From the NCBI GenBank assembly GCA_963847625.1, contig CAWKAR010000050.1, forward strand, positions 32,001-96,000: a stretch of DNA of 64,000 bases. The letters are read 5' to 3'. A model generated the notes under the pieces. The model was not told the DNA's origin. It ran no database searches and saw nothing but the letters and a program-made list of their open reading frames with translations. This document shows positions 57,719 through 64,000 of the stretch, in pieces (position 1 is the stretch's first letter; each line of letters starts with the position of its first letter). Source of the stretch: a candidate division FCPU426 bacterium (GTDB lineage Bacteria; Oederibacteriota; Muellerivitia; Muellerivitales; Muellerivitaceae). The translations under genes and the position numbers were made by a program.

Positions 57719-58342
57719 TCAGGGGTTTTTGTATTTGACGCCACAGCCGTAGGGAACCGTCGTCTTGACGGAAACCTCCCGACCCGACATGGCTTCCCGC
57801 AGGGCTTGGTCCGCGTAATTCAGGTAGGGTTTCCCATCCTTGGTGCTTTCGGAAAAATCATCCTCCAGGGGGGCGTTGTCCACCGCGCCGTCGTAAATCA
57901 GGACGCCCTTGGGATCGATGACGAACAGATGGGGCGTGGTTTTGGCCCCGTATGCGTGCCCGATCACCCCGGATGGGTCCAGGAGGGTCGCGGTGGGGAC
58001 GGCGCCGTTGCGGCTCACGTCCAAATTGGCTTTCCTCGCCGTCACATAACCGTCTTTGCCGGGCGCTGAGGAAATGACCTGGAACCAAATCACGCCCTTT
58101 TTGGTCCATTCCTGCTGGAGCTTTTGCATTTTTCCCTTGTACTGGCTTTGGGTGAAGGGGCAGTCATGATTGTGCCACTCCAGGACCACGAACTTTCCTC
58201 TGTATTCGGACAGTTTCCTTATTTTTCCATGGCTGTCCTTGCCCGTGAATTCCGGCGCCTTTTCTCCCACCCTTGCCGCCTGGACATTGGTAGCTGCGAA
58301 CCCCAAGGCCAGCATTCCCAGAATGAAGATTGTTTTTTTCAC
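57719..58342 (-). CDS. Exported redoxin/thioredoxin-fold protein
   Basis: Signal peptide; APEFT, VVLEWHNHDCPF, YGAKTTPH, YDGAVD, PYGCGVKY; GTG start assumed. Confidence 0.85.
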   Translation of the reverse strand: MKKTIFILGMLALGFAATNVQAARVGEKAPEFTGKDSHGKIRKLSEYRGKFVVLEWHNHDCPFTQSQYKGKMQKLQQEWTKKGVIWFQVISSAPGKDGYVTARKANLDVSRNGAVPTATLLDPSGVIGHAYGAKTTPHLFVIDPKGVLIYDGAVDNAPLEDDFSESTKDGKPYLNYADQALREAMSGREVSVKTTVPYGCGVKYKNP

Positions 58343-58365
58343 TGAGGTCTTCCTTAAAATCCGTT

Positions 58366-58917
58366 CTATTTGGTTAAAACCGCCGCTCGGCTGCGCCAAA
58401 TCCGGGGGCGGCCCGATTCCCGGAACCCGGCGGCCTTGGCCAGGCCGAGGGACTCCTCGAAAGCCGCCGCATTGACGTGGCCCGAGGGTTCGGCGAACAA
58501 AAGACGCCCGCCCGGCTTGAGGACACCCGACATTTCCGCCCAGAATTTTTTTTGGTCCGGAAGTTCATGCACGACCGCGAAGGCCAGGGCGAAATCCGCC
58601 TGATGATTCAAGTCCCGCAGGCCCATTTCCCCCGTGGCTGGCGCGAGGCGGGTTTCAAGGCGTCCGGACAATCCGGCTTTCACCGCCCTGGACTTCAGGG
58701 TTTCCAGCATTTTGGACTGGACGTCCACCGCGACCACACGGCCTTTTTCCCCGACCCTCCGGGCGAGTTCCAAGGTGAAATAACCCATGCCCGGCCCCGG
58801 CTCCACGACCGTCATGCCTTCGCTTACGAAGGGTTCCAAGATCCGCGCGGGGTCCTGGACCCACTTTCGGAAAGGGATTAAAAGGAAGTAACCCAACCAC
58901 CAGGGACAAATATGCAT
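58366..58917 (-). CDS. Class I SAM-dependent methyltransferase
   Basis: HICPWW, VVEPGPGMG, AVDVQ, VLKPGG; AAGGAG RBS. Confidence 0.88.
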   Translation of the reverse strand: MHICPWWLGYFLLIPFRKWVQDPARILEPFVSEGMTVVEPGPGMGYFTLELARRVGEKGRVVAVDVQSKMLETLKSRAVKAGLSGRLETRLAPATGEMGLRDLNHQADFALAFAVVHELPDQKKFWAEMSGVLKPGGRLLFAEPSGHVNAAAFEESLGLAKAAGFRESGRPRIWRSRAAVLTK

Positions 58918-58933
58918 CTGTTCTCCTTGTTGT

Positions 58934-59575
58934 TTAACCGCGCTCGCCCTTTTGCCACATCTCATAGCTGAGGCGGGGGATATTCATGAAGGCGTCCCGG
59001 GTGCGCACATAGTTGCCGGTGCCATTCATCCGGCCCAAGGCATGGAGTTCCTGGGCGAGGATGTACGGGCCCTGGGGGTCGATGAACCGGTCCTCCACAA
59101 AAACCGCCACGACTTCCCCCAGGATGATGCGCGACCGGCCCGGTTTCAAAGTCTCATAGGTCCGGCACTCCAGCGCGGCATGGGACTCCTTGACGCGGGG
59201 AACGGTCACTATCGAGGAGGCCTCCGCCGTCAGGCCCGCCATTTCCAGCTCACTCACTTCGGGAGGAAACTCCACCCCGCAGATGTTCATCTGCCGGGCG
59301 ATGTCCTCGGTAACGATGTTGACTACGAACTCGCCCGAAAGCTCGATGTTGCGGGCCGTGTCCTTGACTCCATCCCCCTCTCCCGATTTCCCCGCGATCC
59401 CCAAACCCACGATGGGGGGGTCCAGGCAGAGGTAGTTGTAGGCGCTGAAAGGGGCGGCGTTGAGCCGTCCGCCGGGGCCGAGGGTCGTGACCAGGGCGAT
59501 GGGGCGCGGGGCGATCAAGCCCATCATGAGATTATAAACCTCGCGCAGGGGGGATTTTTTCAGGTCAAAGTTCAT
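58934..59575 (-). CDS. Flavin reductase-like protein
   Basis: PRPIALVTT, NAAPFS, KDTARNI, EFVVN, LEC motifs. Confidence 0.9.
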   Translation of the reverse strand: MNFDLKKSPLREVYNLMMGLIAPRPIALVTTLGPGGRLNAAPFSAYNYLCLDPPIVGLGIAGKSGEGDGVKDTARNIELSGEFVVNIVTEDIARQMNICGVEFPPEVSELEMAGLTAEASSIVTVPRVKESHAALECRTYETLKPGRSRIILGEVVAVFVEDRFIDPQGPYILAQELHALGRMNGTGNYVRTRDAFMNIPRLSYEMWQKGERG

Positions 59576-59762
59576 TTTTGTAACTCCCAATTTGATTGGA
59601 TTGCGGTTTCTTTGGTTCAAGCAAACCCATGAAAAGGATATGAATTGTTACCGGAATAATAAAGGGAATATGGTTTTTTGTTAAAGGGCGTTGAAATTAT
59701 GCCGTTAGGATGGTTATAAACCGAAGCCTCTCAACCGGGGCCAACCTTTAGAGGAATTCATC

Positions 59763-60116
59763 ATGACTTCTATCCCGAACATCAGCCCGAATATTCAGGC
59801 CGCCCTAAGCCGGGATACTTCCTTGAAGTCCATTACCGTGGCGGACCCATTCGCCAACCTGGTCAACGATCTCCTGGCCCAAAATTCCCCATCAGCCCAA
59901 CCAGGCGAAAACGCTATTCAAGCCCAGGAGCGGATCGCCGATTTCCAGCGGAAACTGGCGCTTCTCTCTGGAATAGCCCAACAGGCCCAGGAAGCCCTAA
60001 GCGGTCAAAAACCCATTCCGGGCGGATTTACCACTCCCGAGGAACAGGAATATTATTTCGCGGAATCCCAGCTCCGGCAAGTCGGACTTCCAGGAGCCGT
60101 CCTCGACGTGGTTTGA
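59763..60116 (+). CDS. Hypothetical protein
   Basis: 117-aa ORF with GAGGA RBS, followed by a terminator. Confidence 0.65.
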   Translation: MTSIPNISPNIQAALSRDTSLKSITVADPFANLVNDLLAQNSPSAQPGENAIQAQERIADFQRKLALLSGIAQQAQEALSGQKPIPGGFTTPEEQEYYFAESQLRQVGLPGAVLDVV

Positions 60117-60135
60117 GGGCGCATAGCTAAAAAAC

Positions 60136-60170
60136 AAAAAGGCCCCAGGAGATTTCCTGGAGCCTTTTTT
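60136..60170. terminator. Bidirectional intrinsic terminator
   Basis: AAAAAGGCCCCAGGA...TCCTGGAGCCTTTTTT between convergent genes. Confidence 0.85.
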
Positions 60171-60183
60171 ATCCTCTTGAGGA

Positions 60184-61644
60184 TTAAAAGAAAGCCGATA
60201 TCTGCAAGCCTCCGAAAGGACCGCTCAGGTCCAACTGAAAGGGCTTGGAGTTGGCCGGCGAGCTGGTGGAGGGGGTCAGAAGCGTCACGCTGGGAGCATA
60301 AGTAATCATTTGCAGGGAGTAGGAACTGTTTTTAAAGGAATTGGCTGTCGCCGTTTCGTATCCCCCGTAAAGCGCGACCCCGGCTGAATCCCCAAGCTTG
60401 AGATCCAAACCCACCTGCCCCTGGCCGCCGGCGCCCATGCACGAATAGGTTCCGGCCGCACCCGTGGAGGGAGTGCTCGTGTAATCTATGCTCATGGGCA
60501 TCACGAATCCGCCCAGGCAGATGAAAGGCCTTAAATCGCCATCGCCGATCAAGTACCTGATGTTCAATCCCGCGGAAAAAGCGCTGATGTCCAATGACCT
60601 GGTTCCCGTAACCAAGGGAGTTAAAGTTGATGGCGAGGAAAGGGCGCCAGTTTCAGTGAATTTCCCGACCGGCAAGTAAGCCAGGGGAATTCCGATTTCC
60701 AGGTTGCTTCCGATACTCACAACGGGTTCCAGGCCCACTTGTAGGGTGCTGGTTGGTATCTTGGCGTCGTAGTTGTCCGAACCATTCCCGGCCAGTTGGG
60801 AAATGGCCACGAGGGTTTGCACTGATTGCGCGTGGGTGACCAAGTCGGCAAGGTTGATCGAGACGACGGAAGGTTCCAATCGAATTCCGAACGCGGTTCC
60901 CTTGTGGACTTTAGGCGGTTTCGCGGCCGCGGCCACTTGGGCGTCCACCCACTGTTGGTCGGCGGGTGAGAGCCTGGCCTTCACCTGGGCGAGATAATTC
61001 TGGACGGTGGGGTTGGGCTGTTTTTGGTTGGACAGGGTCAAGGCCACCGCGCCGTTCTTCATGTCGCCGGACACGACCTGACAGATGCCCAGGTAATAAT
61101 AGGCCATCCCATCGTTCGGGTTTTGCTGGACAGCGGCCTGGAATTGGGGAATGGCCTGGGCATACTGCTTTTGCTGGTAGAGGGCGACCCCTTGGCTGAA
61201 CGCGGTGGATGCCGCGGGTATCGCCGCCGGAGCCGCGGCCGCCGCCGCGGGGGCCGCTGTTGCCGCCGCAGGCTGTGCCGCCGCCGGAGAAGCCGCGGCC
61301 GGGACGCCAGCCGTGACGACCTTCGCCTGAAGGGTTTGTACGAAGGTGGCCAACTGGGTGTTGTTGGGCGTGAGAGCGAGGGTCTTTTGGTAATCGGCCA
61401 AGGCGTTCTGGTAATCCCCTTGCTGGTAATAACAATTGCCCCGGCTTTGCAGGGCGCCCGCGTTATTGGGGTCCATGTTCAGGGCCGCCGTGAAATACTG
61501 GATGGCTTGCGCGTAGTTCTTGGCGGTGTAGAACTGGAGTCCGGCGTTGTAATAATCGACCGCGGTAGCGGCCAAAGCCGCCGATGAAGCCAAGAATAAA
61601 ACCGCGACCAACCCGAAACGGCGGAATAATTGAATGGGACCCAT
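60184..61644 (-). CDS. Exported protein with two TPR clusters and a C-terminal outer-membrane beta-barrel-like domain
   Basis: Signal peptide, TPRs separated by an Ala/Pro linker, alternating beta-strand pattern, terminal Phe. Confidence 0.75.
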   Translation of the reverse strand: MGPIQLFRRFGLVAVLFLASSAALAATAVDYYNAGLQFYTAKNYAQAIQYFTAALNMDPNNAGALQSRGNCYYQQGDYQNALADYQKTLALTPNNTQLATFVQTLQAKVVTAGVPAAASPAAAQPAAATAAPAAAAAAPAAIPAASTAFSQGVALYQQKQYAQAIPQFQAAVQQNPNDGMAYYYLGICQVVSGDMKNGAVALTLSNQKQPNPTVQNYLAQVKARLSPADQQWVDAQVAAAAKPPKVHKGTAFGIRLEPSVVSINLADLVTHAQSVQTLVAISQLAGNGSDNYDAKIPTSTLQVGLEPVVSIGSNLEIGIPLAYLPVGKFTETGALSSPSTLTPLVTGTRSLDISAFSAGLNIRYLIGDGDLRPFICLGGFVMPMSIDYTSTPSTGAAGTYSCMGAGGQGQVGLDLKLGDSAGVALYGGYETATANSFKNSSYSLQMITYAPSVTLLTPSTSSPANSKPFQLDLSGPFGGLQISAFF

Positions 61645-61788
61645 GAGACCTTCCTTTAAAACGAAATTTATTCCTGCAAACAGCGTATCCAAATGGAACA
61701 AAATAGGGTCTCCCCAGGCCCTGTTATAGGGAGAGATTTTACCAAGATTAACCGTTTTGGGTTAGGGAAAATCGGTTACCCGGGGGAT

Positions 61789-63804
61789 TTAGTCCTTTTT
61801 CCCGGCCCGCCGCCGGGCATCCTTCCATTTCCTGAAAAAATCGGGATTTTGAGGCTGGAGGCCCTCCGCTGTTTGGAAATTTTGGGCCGCTTCAGGGTAT
61901 TTTCCTTGAAGCATGTCAATATCGCCCAACCGCCCATAAAAAAGGGCTTCCTTGGGCATCAACATGATTCCTTTTTTATACCAGGAGACCGCCTCCGCGA
62001 ATTTCCGGCTTTTCATGTAAAGCGAACCCAGATTGTCCAGGTACTCGGCATTGAAAGGATCGAGCGAATAGGCGTTTTTAAACGCCTCCTCGGATTCCTT
62101 TAAACGCTTCAAGTTCCAGTAGGTGATACCCAGGTCCCGGTAAGCATCCCCGTAGCCGGGATTGATTTTGATGACCTGCTGGATCGCCGATAAGGCTTCC
62201 AAATGCCGGTTCTTCAGTTCGTAGGCGTACCAGAGATGGTGGTATAAATCAGAAGGAGCCGCCTCTTGGTATAGGGCGAGGGCCTGGTTGAATTCCCCGA
62301 TGGCCTCCTCCGGCCGGTTGATGGTCAGGAGGACCGTCCCTTTTTCCTCGTGGATATGGCCGCTGGTGGGGGGCAGAGCCAGGGCCAGGTCGTATTCCCG
62401 CAGGGCGTCGGCATGCCGGCCCGCCAATTCGTAAGACCGGGCCAGGTTGGCGTGGGGAACCTGGATGCCTTCCGGAAATAACCTCATGTCTTCCTCCCAA
62501 AGCGAGACCGAATTTCTCCAAATTGAAAGTTGCCGAAGGGTTCCCGCTCCCAGTCCGACCGTCAGGATGAAACAGAGCAGCGCCAGGAGGGCTGTTTTTT
62601 TCGATAGGAGGGAAGAGAGATAAGTTGCGGCCACCAGGAAAATCCCAAGGCTGGGAAGGTAGGTGTACCGGTCGGCGGCCGCCTGGAGCCCTACCTGCGG
62701 GAAACCCAGGACTGGCACGAGGGTGATGAGGTAATAAACCCAGGCGGTGGCCAGGTAGGGCTTCTTTTTCATCAGGAGCAAGCAAGCCAGGAAAATCGCG
62801 AAAACCGCCAGAGCCGCGGCCCAATGGGAGAAAGTGTAAGTCTCCAGGTTGGGGTCCATCGGGTAAAAAGGCGCCAGGTGATAGGGCACTCCCATCTTCC
62901 AAAGGTAAAACCCCAGGGAATGGAAAGCGTTCATGATCCGGAAATCCAAGGGGAGTTTCTCCAGGGGCGTGAATGCCCCCGCCTGGTATTGGGCGGTGGC
63001 GGTGACGATGCATACGCCCAAGGCCGCGAGAAAAAAAAGTATTTTCTCCGATATAAGTTTGGATAGGCCGGTCCGGAACCTCTCCAGGGGCCAGGCGTCC
63101 AGGAGAAGCAGAACCAGGGGCAGGGTGACGGCCATGGGTTTGGACATCAGGGCCATCAGGAACAGTCCCAGGCAGGCATAAAATTTCCAGGTTTTGGAAG
63201 GGAACTGGGAGGTGTGCTCGACATACATGAGAAGGCTGCCCAGGTAAAAGAAAGCGCACAGGACATCCCTGCGCTCCGCGGCCCAGGCCACCGATTCCAC
63301 ATGGAGGGGGTGGAGGCCGAATAAAAGCGCGCTCAACAGGGCGGCGGGAGCCAGGGGAAAGGCCGCTTGGAACGTTGGTCCGCTGGGAGTCATTTGTTTT
63401 TGGGCCAATGCCAAGATACGGGCGGAAAGGAAAAATACCAGAAGGGTGTTGAGCGTGTGGAGGATCAGGTTATGAAGATGGTAGACCCAGGGGTGAAAGC
63501 CGGCCAGCTGGCAGTCCAACGCCAGGGAAATCCAGGTAAGGGGAATCCAATTCCCGGTTTGGGAGGTGGACCAAATCCATTGGAAAAAAGTCAGGCCCAT
63601 GGCCCGGATGTGTGGATTGTCGAAGATGAAGACCTGGTCATCCCAGATCACGAAATCATGGCGGACGATGGGCAGGTAAAAAAGAAAGGTGGCCAAGGCC
63701 GGTATCCAGGCCAGGATCCAAAGCTCTTTCTTGCCGGCCCAGGCGTTTAAAAAATCATTCCGGACCGGGGTAACGGCGGCTTGATTTCCTGTTTCAGGCG
63801 GCAT
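61789..63804 (-). CDS. TMTC-like GT-C membrane glycosyltransferase with TPR repeats
   Basis: WDD in the first loop, HPLHVESVAW..ERRD, SKP, ADRYTYLP, C-terminal TPR array. Confidence 0.85.
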   Translation of the reverse strand: MPPETGNQAAVTPVRNDFLNAWAGKKELWILAWIPALATFLFYLPIVRHDFVIWDDQVFIFDNPHIRAMGLTFFQWIWSTSQTGNWIPLTWISLALDCQLAGFHPWVYHLHNLILHTLNTLLVFFLSARILALAQKQMTPSGPTFQAAFPLAPAALLSALLFGLHPLHVESVAWAAERRDVLCAFFYLGSLLMYVEHTSQFPSKTWKFYACLGLFLMALMSKPMAVTLPLVLLLLDAWPLERFRTGLSKLISEKILFFLAALGVCIVTATAQYQAGAFTPLEKLPLDFRIMNAFHSLGFYLWKMGVPYHLAPFYPMDPNLETYTFSHWAAALAVFAIFLACLLLMKKKPYLATAWVYYLITLVPVLGFPQVGLQAAADRYTYLPSLGIFLVAATYLSSLLSKKTALLALLCFILTVGLGAGTLRQLSIWRNSVSLWEEDMRLFPEGIQVPHANLARSYELAGRHADALREYDLALALPPTSGHIHEEKGTVLLTINRPEEAIGEFNQALALYQEAAPSDLYHHLWYAYELKNRHLEALSAIQQVIKINPGYGDAYRDLGITYWNLKRLKESEEAFKNAYSLDPFNAEYLDNLGSLYMKSRKFAEAVSWYKKGIMLMPKEALFYGRLGDIDMLQGKYPEAAQNFQTAEGLQPQNPDFFRKWKDARRRAGKKD

Positions 63805-64000
63805 TTCATTCCTTAATTATTGGGGGAAATAACGCATTCTATCAGATGGCACTCATTGCAAAAAGCCGGGTTTCTTTAGAGCCATCCACTGCGCTTCCTG
63901 ATATTCCCCTCCCGTTATTTAAAAAACAGGTGCGGTTTAACCGGTTTCATTTGACCCCCGCAGCCATTTGGCACAGATTCTGCAGGTATATAGGGCAAGG

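Noticed and set aside
63965..63982. GGCACAGATTC resembling the end of a miniature element
   Set aside because: No upstream double hairpin or TGCC start; at most a fragment of the host repeat.

Overview
Bacterial chromosomal window, mostly GC-rich, with no rRNA, tRNA or CRISPR array detected. 0.1-23.9 kb is metal homeostasis and central carbon metabolism: a ZIP transporter, hemerythrin, acs, a DcaP-like porin, an operon of acetyl-CoA hydrolase/transferase-GNAT fusion, ADP-forming acyl-CoA ligase and a Pta-N/DRTGG protein, a Cys-rich CRP/FNR regulator, copA/copZ, aconitase and mdh. A palindrome TATGAC-N4-GTCATA recurs five times in intergenic DNA of this region. 24-32 kb is an operon-like run of three paralogous GT-C-like membrane proteins, a GH44 glycoside hydrolase and a GT-C/TPR protein. 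32-51 kb is accessory: a STAND ATPase with an apparently inactive cyclase domain, an IS1595-family element carrying a passenger gene, an M50 protease pair, an AAA_14 ATPase, a low-GC island, a PIN toxin-antitoxin module bracketed by a duplicated recQ 3' end, recQ, and a 21/42-bp tandem-repeat mosaic interrupted by IS256. 51-64 kb holds housekeeping and envelope genes. The most unusual signal is a family of 74-78 bp double-hairpin elements (TGCC...GGCA ends, six copies). Each is flanked by a 2-bp duplication, the stems show compensatory changes, three copies are nested in one REP-like palindrome, and one replaces the 3' end of a gene. All calls come from motif recognition by eye; no database searches were run.
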